Shown in pieces: positions 46,960 to 61,112 of a stretch of 64,000 bases of DNA. Both the position numbers and the translations under genes were made by a program. Every line of letters begins with the position of its first letter. Position 1 is the first letter of the stretch. The notes below the pieces were generated by a model. That model was not told the DNA's origin, did not search any database, and saw only the letters and a program-made list of their open reading frames with translations. Origin of the DNA: Narcine bancroftii (lineage: Eukaryota); assembly GCF_036971445.1 (NCBI RefSeq), contig NC_091477.1:4836001-4900000 (forward strand). The letters are read 5' to 3'.

Positions 46960-49900
46960 ATAATGAAGAGTCAGGTGATGGAGTAGTGGCCGATGGGGAA
47001 AAACACCCCCCTCCAGGAAAACAGGAAAAGGTTAGAAAAAGACAAAGCACAACAAAAATAAAATGGAAGAAATAGAAGATAAAGTTACAGAGAAGAGAAG
47101 GAGGATGGCATCCAAGAAGGAGTAAATAAAAACAACTGGAATAAAAGAAGGAGAAAAATCACCGAAGAAGAAAGAAGAAGGCCTTACCTGCACGAAGGAA
47201 CAAGATGCTGTGGAGTGCCCGAACCCAGAGGTCAGTGCTTGCCCTGCGGAGTCACGACTCACTTGCCAGTGGACTTCAAAAATGGCTCTCGGAGCCAAGT
47301 AAAAGTGCACAACCAACGGAAATAAGGGAAAAAGAGGACACCGGTAGGAAGGGGCTCATCAGAGGAGCGGGCAGCCGCAGCACAAACAGCTGAGGGATGC
47401 CCGACACCAGGGTGGTCAGGAGACAACGGCAAGAAGATCAAGGACAGGAGGCACAACAGAGGAGTAGCCCAAGAGGGGAGGACCAGCAACAAGAGGCCCA
47501 GTAAAAAGAGGCCCAACAAAGAGATGCAAGCAGATCCACAGGAAAAAAAAACCCAGAAGCGACACAGACACAAAGAAGAGAAGAAGAACACACAAACACA
47601 GGTACAGACACAGAACAAGAGGAAGAAGACCAAGATCTTCACAGAGAAATAGAAGGTAAAACTGATGGACAAAGAGAAATAGAAGGAAACACTGATGAAC
47701 AGAATATAGATAAAGTTTTTTTTTTAAGAACAAATGAGGTAATTAAAAGAATGGTTATCATTAGAATTTAATACAATTAAAGGGAAAATGAAAAGAAATG
47801 CAAAATTTAGAACTGGTAATGACAGAAATAGGGAAAAGCGTAGAGAACATAGAAGAGTGGGAAACGGCCATAGAAATAGAAGTAAACGACTTAAGAGAAA
47901 AATTGGAAGAAAGTGACAAAAAAATTAGAGATACAAGAGTTGCTATCTCATCAAATTGATATGTTGGAAAATTATAGTATTCAAAACAACATAAAAATAG
48001 TGGGCCTGAAGGAGGGTGAAGAAAGCACAGACATGAAGGAATTTATAACAGGATGGATCTCAAGGGTCCTAGGAATGACAGAAATACAGGAAGAAATGGA
48101 AATAGAAAGGGCACACAGAGCACTAGCTCCAAAACCACAGACACATCAAAAACCAAGATCCATCGTAGTAAAATTGTTGAGATATTCGACAAGAGAAAAT
48201 ATACTGGAACTGGCAAGGAATAAAGTTAGAGAAGACAATAAATCATTGGAATACAAAGGTCAAAAATATTTATTTATTCAGACATAAGTTTTGAACTCTT
48301 AAAGAGGAGGAAGGAGTTTAATACAGCGAAAGCGATTTTATGGAAAAAAGGTTACAAATTCATGTTAAGACATCCAGCCGTGCTTAAAATATTTATACCT
48401 GGGGAGCAAAACAGACTGTTCTCAGATCGAGAGAAAGTGCAAGAATTTACAGAACGCTTGCAGGTGAAGAGATGTAACAAGAATGAAGAACGGAGATAAA
48501 GTATATATAAAGATGTAAAAACAATGTATATGTTAAGAACTAAAGAGGGAAAACAGAAGGGAAGGTAGGAAGTAAGGGTGGAAAAAGAGAGAGAGGGAGA
48601 GCTTTGTTATATGTGTTAAAAAAGTGTTTTCTGGGGAGGGCTTGGAGGAAAAGGAAGAACCGTCACTGCAAAATCTGTTGACGCCGTGAGCAAGATCACA
48701 ATCAAAATGAAAAGGGGAGCTGTGGTTGCCCAGCAAGTGATCAGGGGCAACTCAGAGAGGGAGGGAACTTTTGGGGTTAAGGTATTAGTGGGTGTGGGAA
48801 TCACGGGGGTACTTTATGTTTTAAATGTGTTGTCGTACATTAAGTTTAATAAGAGAAAACTAAGTGATGAAAATGGGGAAAAGGGTGATGGAGGTGATGA
48901 AGATGTGGAAAAGAAATATAAGCAAGATATAAGATGGCCATGTTGAACTATATGACTATGAACATTAATGGATTACATAACCAACTTAAAAGGAAGAGGC
49001 TACTAAATTTATTGAAGAAGGAAAAAATCGTTATAGCATTTGTGCAGGAAACACATGTAACTGAAGTGGTACATAACAAATTAAAGAGAGACTGGGTAGG
49101 ACACCTAGTGGCAACATCTTATAATTCAAAAGCTAGAGGTGTAGCCATACCATTTAACAAAAATGTACCAATTAAAATAGAGGAGGAAATATTAGATCCG
49201 GTAGGGAGGTATGTAATGATAAAATGTCAGATACACTCATAATTTTGGAATTTGCTCAATATATATGTGTCTAATGAGGAGGATAAAAAGTTTACGCAGG
49301 ATATATTTTGAAGATTGCAGACACATGAGGAAATATATTGATATGAGGAGATTTTAACGTTAATTTGGACCCATTGTTGGATAAAACTGGACAAAAGACA
49401 AGTAATCAGAATACAGTAGCCAAATGTATGGTTAAATCAATGCAGGAAATGAAACGTATGGATATATGCAGGAGGCAGCACCCAAGAGAGAAGGAATATT
49501 CATATTATTTGAGTCGGCACAAAACTTACTCAAGTTATTAAACTTACTCAAGGATTGATATGTTTTTGTTGTCAGCCAAAAAGCAAGGGAGAGTTAGGAA
49601 AACGGAGTATAAAATTAGATTACTATCAGATCATTCACCCCTATTATTAGCAATAGAACTGGAGGACATCCCACCGAGAACATATAGATGGAGGTTAAAC
49701 TCCATCCTACTTAAATGGCAGGAATTTAGAGAGTTTATTGACTGGCAAATTAAAACATATTTTGAAATAAATAAATACAGAATCAGTGAAAGATAAATTT
49801 ATATTATGGGATGCAATGAAAGCCTTCATTAGAGGGCAGATAATAAGTTATGTGACTAAGATGAAAAAAGATTACAACCAGGAAACAGAGCAAATGGAAA

Positions 49901-52900
49901 GAGAGATAGTAAGTACAGAAAAGGAATTAGTAAAAGGGTATGAAATATCAAAAAGAAGAGAATTGGCGGACAAAAGATATATGAAACATTACAAACATAT
50001 AAGATGGAGAAGAACAAAATGAAAACAAAGAAAAGTATTATGAATTGGGAGAAAAAACATAAAATAGTAGCATGGCAACTTAAAACAGAACAAGCTATAA
50101 GAACGGTATTGGCATCAAGGAAAAAGGACAAACAAATTACATATAACCCAACAGAGATTAATGAAATTTTAAAGGAATTTTTATGAACAATTATATCAAA
50201 CTGAGAAAGGGAAATATGACAAAATAGAAGAAATTTTAGCTAAAATTGAACTGCTGATATTGCAAGAAGAGGAACAAAACAAACTAATAAAGCCATTTGA
50301 AATAGAGGAAGTACAAGATATATTAAAAAAGCTGCCAAACAATAAAACACCATGAGAGAATGGATTTTCTATAGAAATTTATAAAACATTTATAGAGTTA
50401 TTAATTCCTCCTCTCCTGGAAATAACGAACCAGGTAGAATAAACACAAAAATTGCCACATTCACGTAAGACAACAATAATTACAGTAATACCAAAGATGG
50501 GGAAGGATCCATCATCATATATACCAATATCTCTACTTAACTCAGATTATAAGATAATAGCGAAATTATTAACAAACAGATTGGCCGATTGTGTAGCAAA
50601 AATCGTAAAACAAGATCAAACTGGATTTATTAAGAAAAGACGAACAGCAGACAATGTCTGTAAATTTATTAATCTAATTGATGCAGTTCAAGGAAATAAG
50701 AAGCCAACAGTGGCTGTTGCTTTAGATGCAAAAAAAAATCTTTTGACAGAGTAGAGTGGAACTACTTATTTAAAGTATTACAGAAATTCAGTCTACCAGA
50801 AAAATATATAAATTGGATTAAAGCATTGTACAATGGACCATTGGCAAAAGTAGCAGTAAATGGATATGTATTGAATCAATTTAAATTAAGTATGATGTCC
50901 ACTATCACCCTCATTGTTTTCCTTAGCAATAGAACCTTTGGCAGAACTGAAAAGAATAGAAAATAAAATAAAAGGGATAAAAATAAAGAAGGAGTATAAA
51001 ATCAGCTTATTTGCAAATGACATTATAGTATACTTAACAGAACCAGAGATATCAATAAAAGAATTACATAAGAAATTGAAAGAATATGGAGAAATATCGG
51101 GGTACACGATCAACACAAATAAAAGTGAAGTGAAATGAGTAACGCAGATTACACAGAATTTAAAAAAGAATCACCATTTAAATTGCAAGCACAATCAATC
51201 CGATACCTAGGGATGAGGTTAGATAATAATTTAAGCCACTTGTACAAACTAAATTATCAACCACTAATAAAGAAATTGCAGGAAGATTTAGAACATTGGA
51301 AAGAACTACCGCTAATGTTGATAGGGAGGGTAAACTGCATTAAAATGAACGTATTCCCAAGGATACAATACTTATTTCAAACGTTACCAATTCCCTAACA
51401 GAAAAATATTTCAATGAAGTAAAGAGAACAATAAGGAAATTCTTGTGGAATGGGAAGAATCAAAGGATAGCGTTAGATAAATTAAAAGAGGGGGGTACAA
51501 TCAAGGTGGTTTGCAGTTACCAAATTTTAGAAAATATTATACAGCCGCCCAACTAAGGTATTTATCAGATTTTTACCAGACAAGGGAAAAACCAGACTGG
51601 ACTAAGATAGAACTAGATAAAATACGTGAGAAGGTAGCAGAGCATATACTTTAAAAGTGGGATGAAAATCTGGTGCAATATAAAAACTCTCCAAATCATT
51701 TACTAAATATATGGAAGAAGATCCACTTAGAAAGAAAAAAATATGAATGACCAAATACCAAAATTATTATTGATGCAAAATCCATTAATTTCTTTTACAA
51801 TAGATAACCTTTCCTTTAGAGAATGGGAGAGAAAAGGAACGAAAAGAATAGAAAGTTTTTTTGGGAAATAATTTATTAACATTTGAACAGTTGATGTACA
51901 AATAAGGAATAACTCATGGTACAATGTTTGCATATCATCAATTGAAAGCTTATTTAAAGGATAAATTGGAAAACAACGAGATTACCTGAAGGAAGCAGCT
52001 TTGAATATGATTACAGACACAATGATAATTAAAAGATTTATAACGAACATGTACATTAAGCTGAAAGAAAAGGAGAATTATGAAATAAAGTATAAACCTA
52101 AGCTGAAGTGGGAAAAGGATTTAAACATAAAGATAAAACATGAAGCATGGGAAAAGTTATGTCTGGAACTATGAAGAATACAATAAACACAAGGATACGC
52201 ATGATACAGTATAATTGGATACACAGGATATATATTACTCCTGAAAAATTAAAAAAGTGGGACTCAACATTATCAGATAGATGTTTGCGCTGTGGGAAGG
52301 AAATGGGAACATCTTTACATGCAACTTGGACATGTGAGGAAGTGAATACGTTTTGAGAAGAACTAAATCAGATACTAAATAAAATTACAAAAAATAGCAT
52401 ACCAAAAAAAAAGCGATATTTCTTTTAAATAACATAAGTAAAGAATTAGGCCTCAAACTGGATAAAGCGCAAAGAAAAGAATTCATTATGATCACCTTAG
52501 TAGTAGCAAAAAAAAAGTATAATCTCAACTTGGAAAATGGAAGAGCCTGAGAATACAGCAATGGTACATGGAAATGAATAAATGTATTCCATTGGAAAAC
52601 ATAACATAATTTAAAATATAAAGTCACAATGTTTGAACAAATTTGGGAACCATACATGGAACATATCAGAAAGAGCATGCCTACGACCTCCATTCCCTAG
52701 AATGAGAATGATAAGAACGACTAGATTCAGTGTGTAATTTTTCTTGTTTATTTTCCTTTGTGTGAAGATATTGTTTTATGGTTTTATTGTATTGTATATG
52801 TTGAATACCAATTGGTTTGGGGGGGGGGGGGGGTTAGAGGGGAAGGAGAGAAAGGGGGGAAAAAGGGAGAAAGAAAGGGCCACTGTATAAAGTTAATGAG

Positions 52901-52963
52901 AAACGTTTGTACATATTTTGGTTGACATGATTCACAGAATGAAAAATTTAAAAAAAATAAATG
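46960..52963 (+). mobile_element. Apparently full-length (~6.0 kb) but inactivated L1/Tx1-type LINE; 10-bp TSD AAGGAGATTG
   Basis: 5' UTR, ORF1 from ATG 47105, ORF2 from 48934 (NINGL, VQETH, LSDHSP, LDAKK, LFANDI, YLG, CLRC), G-rich 3' UTR (G15 at 52819-52833) and A-rich tail. TSD at 46950-46959 and 52964-52973. Same family as 1-4998. Confidence 0.95.
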
Positions 52964-53439
52964 AAGGAGATTGCGTGTCTCCCAGAATTATCACAGTTCA
53001 TGAGATGATCACTAATCCTTTTGCCATTCGGATATTTCTACCTTAGCACCAATAGAGTGTCAAAGAATAAAAGATCAAATGTTCACCGGAGATTAAGCTC
53101 TTCTTGCCCAAGCTTCTTGAGCCAAAACGTCCGCATACCACTCTAACCCTAAGCCGTTCTCACAATAGTCACTTCGTTTATGCCCACCTGCTTTTTAATC
53201 ATAGGCTCAATCCAAATGCGACTTCCTAGCGACCGACGTCCCTCCAAAAGTACTAACGGGTCCCACTTCCCTTGCCCAAAACTCTCTGCCCGCTCGTTCA
53301 ACACCTTTTGGAAGGCTCAACAATGCCCTCTATCTCGCCCTTTAAAATCTTGCGATTTCTTGCCTTTTAAATATTGGGTGCACTCCCAGAGAAGCCACTG
53401 CTCTCTCGATTGAAAACCCGGCGAATATTTGAACCACAG

Positions 53440-53570
53440 TGTGCATGGCTGTAAGCACGATGCTATTAAAGCGCCAGAGGGACGGGTTAGAATCCGTTGC
53501 TGTCTGTGAGGAGTTTGTACTTCTCCCCTTTTCTGCTCGGGGTTTCCCAGGAATTCTTCGGTTTCTTCCC
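53440..53570 (+). mobile_element. tRNA-derived SINE head
   Basis: B-box-like GGTTAGAATCC followed by gctgtctgtgaggagtttgtacttctcccc...ggtttccc. Confidence 0.6.
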
Positions 53571-53769
53571 ATTTTCAAAAACCTGTGGAGCTGCTAGTTC
53601 ATTTGAGAGTATTTGGGCCACACGGGTTGAATTGGCGGAAATCAGGTTGTACTGTGATGCATCGCATTGTTGTTTGGAACACGGAAATGACGAAAGTTCC
53701 AGGAACAAAAAATATAATATCATCGATGGGATTTAAACTATGAGTATTTATATCTTGGTAGGGTTTCTC

Positions 53770-53962
53770 TGAGAAGGAGAAGTATGAGGAGGGGGAGGAG
53801 GGCGATGACGAGGAGAAGGACGAGGAGGAGGAGGAGGAGAAGAAGATGATGAAGAAGACAACGATGATGAAGAGAAAGACAAAGACTGAAAAGAAGATGA
53901 AGAAGACAACAAAGAAGAAGAATATGATGGAGAAGAAGAAGACAAAGATAGAGAGAAGATAA
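53770..53962. repeat. Purine-rich degenerate (GAG/GAA)n triplet tract
   Basis: gaggaggaggaggaggagaagaagatgatgaagaagac... over ~190 bp. Confidence 0.9.
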
Positions 53963-54029
53963 ATAAGTTGTATATGGAGAAAAATAATAAATTGACAAAA
54001 TCTATTTGTGCGCGCGTTCACTTTATTAA

Positions 54030-54800
54030 TCAATGTCCCCGATGGGATCTGGCAAAGCGCGAGGGTACGTAGAGTGATGAGTCTTTCAGTCTTTTACTTG
54101 TCTTTCCTCGAGGAGAAGATATATATGGAGTCAATGAGGGGAGAAAGAGTTGCGGTATGTTCTGAGCTGTATTTACTGCCTTCTGTGTGTTTTTCGGTTC
54201 TTGAGACAAGCAGGTCCCATACCATGTTGTGATGCATTCGACAAGTCTGCTTTGGATGGTGCACCTGTAGAAGTTGTTGCGAGACAAGGGGGCATGCCGA
54301 GCTTCCCTAGTCCTCAAATAGAGTAGTGGCATTAATGCATTTCTTTGTCCAGTACGTCAACGTGCTTGTCCCATGCCAGATCATGGCTGGCGAGTGAACT
54401 CTTCCCCCTCTCCTGAAGTCAATGGTCACCTCCTTCATCTTTTTAGATGTTGACAGATAATGTTATCTTGTCACCATGCTTTTGACTCAGTTTATTTTCT
54501 GTATCCCATCTCATTGTATCTCATCTCATTGTTATTTGATAACTGGCCGACTACTATGGAATTATTAGATAATTCGAAGATCGAACAGTATTTGGCAGCT
54601 CAACCGTCGGTGTATAGGAGATAACATAGATGAGTGTGTACATATCGTTGACGAGGGCCTGGATTGAGTATGATCGTAAATATGTTAATTACCTTTATGG
54701 GTTGCTGTTGTTAGACATAAAGTCATTCATCCAGTTGCAGACGCGGCTTTGAGGCAATGGCACTGAAGTCATAAATGTTGTGTATGAGCAGTTGCCTAAC
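54030..54800 (-). mobile_element. Decayed non-LTR retrotransposon RT 3' part (Rex1/Babar-like)
   Basis: Minus-strand LLYLR...NFYRCTIQSRLVECITTWYG...KAVNTAQNI motif. Confidence 0.7.
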
Positions 54801-55139
54801 GAAGTTGTGTTGTCGTTTACTGCCGAAAAGAGGGAGCTCTTTTATTTTACTCCGATCTAGTAAATAAGATCCACGTAAAAGTTCAAACTCAAAATGCGAA
54901 CAACCCCATTAGGAGCAAACTTAGGAAACCTCGTCTATATTCCATCCGAAATCCAAGTACTCCTCATCACATATCATTCACAGATACGAGATTTGATTAA
55001 ATTATCAGTGTTGACAAACTTTATCACCGGACATTGTGAGAAGCTGGGAATCAAATTTCATGGTTCAGTGAAAGATTGTTGCACGATCGATAGCCACCCC
55101 GGAGATGCGAAAAAATTGAACATGAACATAGGTGTACTC

Positions 55140-55575
55140 ATCTATGATGCGTATGTTATTAGAGGGTATTTGAAGGATGTTTGGATCAGTAAGAACTGAA
55201 TATGGATAGTCAACATGGTTTAGCACTTGGGTAATCATGTGTCATGAACTTCATAATTCTGACGAAGTCACTGAAGGAATTGAAAAGGGCAGGAAGGTGG
55301 CTGAAACAACTTCAGCAATGCCATTGACAAGGTCAGTTGTTTTGGCTTGTCCCAACGTTTATATTATAGGCTATTTAGTGTGAAATATTGGATTCAAATT
55401 TGACTTAGTTGGAGTAGTCAGAAAGTGGCAGTGGGCTGTTATTCTTTTCTGATTAGACAATCGAGGCTAGTGCTTCTTGGGAATCTGTGCTGGTGCACCA
55501 TTTAAAAAAAGTATTAACTATGATAATGTTGGTTGTGCACACAATAAGTCTGGGGACGACACCCAAATTGTTGTG
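55140..55575 (+). mobile_element. Highly decayed CR1 RT fragment
   Basis: SQHGL, SCVMNF, DEVTEGIEKGRKV, FSNAIDKV (cf. QHGF, SCLTNL, FSKAFDKV). Confidence 0.6.
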
Positions 55576-57159
55576 ACCAAATTATTCCAGGAACTCAGAG
55601 ATAATTTCAGAATTAAACGATATTATTCTGAATGATCATATGCTGTAGACAGGTAATTTTAGGGTGGCAGCCTTCCTTTCTGGTAGGCATTTCCGATTGA
55701 CGAACAGAAGTTTGACATTTAACATTACGTCGACTTTGAATTTAAAATGAAAAGAAATTATGGCTCAGTTACGTAATTTCATTTAATTAACAGTGTAGCC
55801 ATGGTGTGATATGAATTCTTGTGTGTCTCTCATTTCAGGTGATATTTGACTCTGATTTCAGGATTACGAGGTAGTAACTTTTGCTCCAACGTATTGAGTT
55901 ATATTCGTGCGTAAAATTGAAGCCAGTGACAGGGGTGGATTTTTGCTCTCATTTTGCCTTGTCATTTATTCGTCCAAATGGAGTGGCCGCTGGTGGGATT
56001 TTGACCATCAGCAGAAATGTAGAAATGATGCAGCAATTCTAGAGATAGCCAACTCCATTATGAGCTAGGTTAATAGAAATAAGCCTGAAATTTAATTGTA
56101 TTGGAATAGGAAATGCAGCTAAATTAAGGCAATATCCAGAAGTCCAAATGAAAGGTCGTCGGACATGTATAGACAACAAAAATGTACTATGTTAACATAT
56201 CAATTACTGGTGTTGTCTAAAATTTGAAAACTTATTTCAAATGTGCTAATGTGGGTCGAACTTTGTACGTTCAGGTTACTTATTTTGTACAAGAAACTCA
56301 TACGTAAGGCTGAAAATACAGGATTATTAAATGAAAGCTCGACTGGACCAAAACTAGGTACAAATGTGATGGATCGCCTTGGGTTGATTAACATCGCGAA
56401 ATTCTTCAAAATTAATCAATGCAACACAAACATCCCACGTGTACAATAATATTGTGCAAGTTAGTGCATGGGGACCTGAGCGTCAAAGCACGGCCAATTG
56501 TATTTTTAATTTCTAACTACCATGGAATATTGTGGAGAACACCATTTAAAACGGATGCAGGTCCGTTGTCGAAGCATTTCCAGGACTAATTCCCAGGGGT
56601 ATTGACGAACTGACAGTATATTTCTGAATCAATATATTGTGCTGCTTCAAAGGGAACCTGGACTTCTTGGTATCCTCAAGCACCTGCTGTTCTCGTCCAG
56701 GCTAATATCAATGTACCTTGCGGGCATTTTCCAATTTCACCTGGAAGGGCTTGGAAGTAAATGCAAAAGCATGTCAGAGATAATTCAGGAATTAGCAATA
56801 ATTTTATTTAATGACAGAGTAAAGATTATTTGGTACAGTTCTGCTTTCAATTCAAAAGTTTTCTTTGCAAGTACAATTTTTCAGTTGACTTCATCTGAGA
56901 TGCCCAGTTCTTTAATAATTATGGAGTCAAAACGGATGCATGTTTATGTTCATGTTTCGGCATAACATCTTCCAGGCTGTGAGTGACATATCTCTTAATT
57001 AAAATATATTCCATCAAAGTTGGATAACACTTGGGATTGTGTGCAAAGTTTGTTTTCTATGAAAATAATAACTAAGTCATAAACGAGATGGACGTCATTA
57101 AAGATATTATCGCCTGTAGCCCTTTCGGCGGAGTATTCCTTCGAATTATTATGGTAAAC

Positions 57160-58500
57160 ACAGCGAAATGTTGCAGGAACTTAGCCGGTCTTTTCAGGAT
57201 CTATAGCAGACAAAGATATATTGGCAACGTTAAAGACATGAGCCCTTCTTCGAGGAAATATCAGAAAAGGGAGAAACAGAATATACCAGAATGTCTCAGA
57301 ATTCAAAGGAAGGGTGAAGAATCTAGACCAACAAACGGTGTTAATCGGACAATTGGATATGATAAGGGACAAGAGGAGAATGATCTTATCTGTGCCAAAG
57401 GAGACAGGGAAAGGAGAGACTACAGGGAAGAAAGGGGTGGGAATTTAACGACAGCCAGAGAAGACGATATTAATGCCATCCTGTTGGAGGATGCCCAGTG
57501 GGAAGATATGGCGTTGTTCCTCCAATTTACGGGTGGTCTCCGTTTGGCAGTAAATAAGACTATAGACAGACATGTCGGCAAGGGAATGGGGTGGAGAATT
57601 GAAATGGACACCTACTGGGAGATGCAAACTATTGCAGAAAGAGATCCTCAACAAAGGATCTCCCAGTCTATTTACAGTCTCTCCGATGTAGAGGAGACCG
57701 CAGCGGGATGCAATAGATTACTTCTGCAGATTCAAAAGTGAAAATTGCTTCACTTGGAAGGACTGTTTTGGGTCCCGAATAGTGGTGAGGGAGGAGATGT
57801 GGACGGAAGTGGAGCATCTCCTGCGGTCACAGGTGGAGTAGCGGATAAGGGTGTCGCGGATAGAATCACGTAGTAGATGGCAGAAATGGCGGAGGAGGAT
57901 GTGTTGGATGCGGGGGTTGGTGGAGTGGTAGGTGCGGAAAAGGGTAAACCGCGTTCCTGATGCGTTTGTGGGTGGAAGGGGCCAGGGCAGATGTGCGGAT
58001 AATGAGTGTCGAGTTGATGGTAGTAGAGGGAAAACCACGTTGTTTGATGATCTGGCATAGAAGTCCTCATCCTTATTGCAGATTTGATGGAGACAGGAGT
58101 TGAGAAAATGGAATGGAATCCTCACAGGGGGCTGGGTGGTAATGGGTATAGTCGATGTAGCTGTGGGATTTGATGGGTTTATGAAAGGTATCTGTTGAGA
58201 GTTCTTCTCCTGAGATGGTGACAGAGACATTGACGAAATATGGTATTGCTAGAGTTGGACCAAATGAATTTGAATCGGGGTTGAACTTGGCAGAAAATTG
58301 GATGAAGTGAACAAGCTCATCATGGGTACATGAGGCAGCATCAAAATAGTTATCACTGTAGTAGAGGAAGAGATGAGGGGCCTTGCCTTTGTAGGCTGTA
58401 GTATGGATTGCTCCACATAGCCAACAAAATGGCAGGTATAGCTGGGCCCCTTGTTGGTACCCATGGCTACCCCTTAAATCTGGAGAAAGTTGGATGACTC
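57160..58500 (-). mobile_element. Decayed Penelope-like element (RT to GIY-YIG end)
   Basis: Minus-strand MGTNKGPSYTCHFVGYVEQ, TYHSTNPRIQHILLRHF, RKLEEQRHIFPLGILQQDGINI. Confidence 0.88.
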
Positions 58501-59635
58501 ATGGACTTTAATAAAGCTTTTGACAAGGTCCCACATGGAAGGTTAGTCATGGCTTTTCAGATGTTAGGTATTGATGGTGAAGTAGTGAACTGGATTCGAA
58601 AATGGCTGGACTGGAGAAGCCAGAGATTAATGGTTTATTATTGTTTTTCAGACTGGAAAACTGTGACTAGTGGTGTACCTCAGGGATCAGTGCTGGGACC
58701 ATTGTTGCATGTTATTGATATCAATGATCTGGATGATCATCAAGTTTGCAGATGACACTAAATTTAGGGGCTTGTGGAAAGCGAAGGGTTTCAAAGCTTG
58801 TCGAGAATTCTGGAGCATCTGAAAAAAATGGGTTGAAAAATAACAGATGGAATTTAATGAAGACAAATGTGAGGTTTTGGATTTTGGAAGGACAAACCAA
58901 CAAAGGACATTCATGGATAATGTTAGGGCACTGAAGAGTGCGGTAGAATCTTGGGAATACAGATACAGAATTCCATGAAAGTGGTGTCACAGGTGGATAG
59001 AGTTATAAAGAGGCATGTTGACATATTGGCCTTCATAAATCAAAGAACGGAGGAACTGCGATGTTATGGTAAAATGGCATAAGACATTTGAGAGACCAAA
59101 TATTGAGTATTGCTTGCAGGTTTGGTCATCTAACGACACGAAAGATAACAATAAGATAGAAAGAGTACAGAAAAGATTTACCAGGATTTTTCCCAGAATC
59201 CAGGAACTAGGATGTAAGGAAAAATTAAACAAGTGAGGACTTTATTCCCTGGAGCATAGAATAATAAAGGGAGATTTGATAGAGGTATTTGAAATTATGT
59301 GGAAGACAGAGTAAATGTAGACATTTCCCACTGAGGGTAGGTGAGACACAAACCAGAGGACATGGGTTAAGAGTGAAGTGGAAAGGTTTAGGAGGAATGT
59401 GAGGGGAACGTCTTCACACAGAAAATGATGAGAGCATGGAAGAGCGGTGAGCTGACGTGGTGAATGCAGACTCAATTTTAACATTTAATAAGAATTTGGA
59501 CAGGTTCATGGATGCGAGAGGTTATGGAGGGCTATGGTCAGGTTTCAAGTCAGTGGGACAAGAAAGAATAATAGTCCGGCACAGGATAGAAGGGCCAAAC
59601 AGCCTGTTTCATACTATAATTGTCTACGGTTCTAA
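58501..59635 (+). mobile_element. CR1 LINE 3' portion (RT to tail)
   Basis: MDFNKAFDKVPHGRL, VTSGVPQGSVLGPLL, KFADDTK, RPNIEYCLQVWS, IERVQKRFTR. Confidence 0.92.
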
Positions 59636-60458
59636 AAGGAAAATTATGACCCTTATTGTCAGAAATACATAGAGGTGCATGTGATTCATTCTAGTTTTTG
59701 AATCAAAGATAACCTGCAAAATCGTTAGTTGAACTGAAAGAGGCTGTGGTGGAATTTTCACCCTTCAGAAATATGACCGAGATCTATATTAAATTCATGT
59801 TAAATTCTAGCTCACTGTTAAAGGCGAGTTGATTGTTAACATTTAAGAAGGATTTGAACAGTATGTAGAAGTATGGATTGGGTACAGCTATTGCGACTGG
59901 GCATAAAAATGGATTGCACAGATTAGAAGGACCGAAGGGACATATTTCTGAGTTGTGCTGTTCTATGGTTCTGTATCAGCTGTATCAGCTTTCTCTGATT
60001 TTTTTTCTTTAAAGAAGGGATCTTTATCTCTTTTTGATGCTTAAAGGATCGGCTGAGTTTCTCCATACTTTTGGTGTGTTTAACACAATCACAGCGTCTG
60101 CAGCCTATCCTTCCTCACTTGAATGACCATGGATTCATTAAAAGCGATGGAATTATGTGTAATGGTATAAGAAGGCTTCGCTGGAGTGAATTGTAAATAA
60201 GTTAAATCGATTTGAAATTTTATACGATTGAACACTCTCTTGCTTAATTTACAATGGAAGCGTCTTCCATTGAGTTTGCTGAAATCTATCGACGATACAG
60301 AAGAGGACGCAGATGAGACAATTGAGAGTACGTAATATTCTTCGATAAGATAACATATGTAAATATGTGTTTGCTTATAACCATAATATTAAATGAAGGT
60401 ACAGAGTTTAATTGTTAATCATGCACTTGGCTTGAGATGTCCGACCTATAAGTTTCAA

Positions 60459-60702
60459 AAACACAAGCGTTGGAGGAAATCCACAAATGTCGCAGCGTCC
60501 ACAGGAGGCACAGGTATCCTACCTACACTTCGGGCCTGAGCCAACCCGGCACTGCACAGTTTTACCTCCTTCCCAAGATCCTCAACCCCTATAAAACACT
60601 CATATCTTGACGAAGGGCTCTGGTTTTAAACGTCGGTTGTACCTCCTTGCCTCCTATATACGCTGCGAGACCTGCTGATTTCGTCCAGCACTTGCGTTTT
60701 TT
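60459..60702. repeat. Imperfect inverted-repeat element (~85-bp arms), Penelope terminal-repeat-like
   Basis: The reverse complement of 60459-60542 aligns with 60615-60702 (ggctc.gg, gcctcct.t..acgctgcga, gatttc.tcca...cttg.gttttt). Confidence 0.7.
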
Positions 60703-61081
60703 ATACAATAAAAGCTTTTGCAAACTTTCATGTTTCAACCCACGAGTGTTGTATCATGTTTGTTGGACTGCTGGAGGGAATACTCTAAATATGTTCGCAT
60801 AATGGCAACTTGCCGTTGGTTAAGATGTAAGATAACTGCGTAATACTTCACAGTTATCTGGTCTAATATTTAGGAATTAACCTTTTGGAATGTACACGTC
60901 TTGGAAGCAAATATGAATGCATTCGTCGAACTTACAGTGATAAAACTGTTACATTTACTAGCCGTGCATTCAGATATCTCTTCATTTGCTTCAAGTAAAC
61001 TCTTTTACTGTGTACTCGCTTCCTCTATTTGTTTCGGGAAAATCTTCTGTCGGATGACCAATATTTAACGGCAGAAAGCAA

Positions 61082-61112
61082 TGTAACTCCTGCATTTCCA
61101 GCAGAGGGCAGC
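61082..61112 (+). promoter_or_regulatory. Candidate forward CTCF site
   Basis: CCAGCAGAGGGCAGC at 61098-61112 matches the CTCF core consensus. TGTAACTCC lies 16 bp upstream, at the position of the upstream module. Confidence 0.55.

Noticed and set aside
47641-49553. Small tandem duplications in the L1 (30 bp at 47641-47700, ~13 bp at 49522-49552)
   Set aside because: Ordinary post-insertion slippage in a dead element.
53599-54033. Phe/Ser/Leu-rich ORFs
   Set aside because: Translations of the GAG/GAA low-complexity tract.
57088-57741. 217-aa ORF as a novel gene
   Set aside because: Antisense to the Penelope 3' region.
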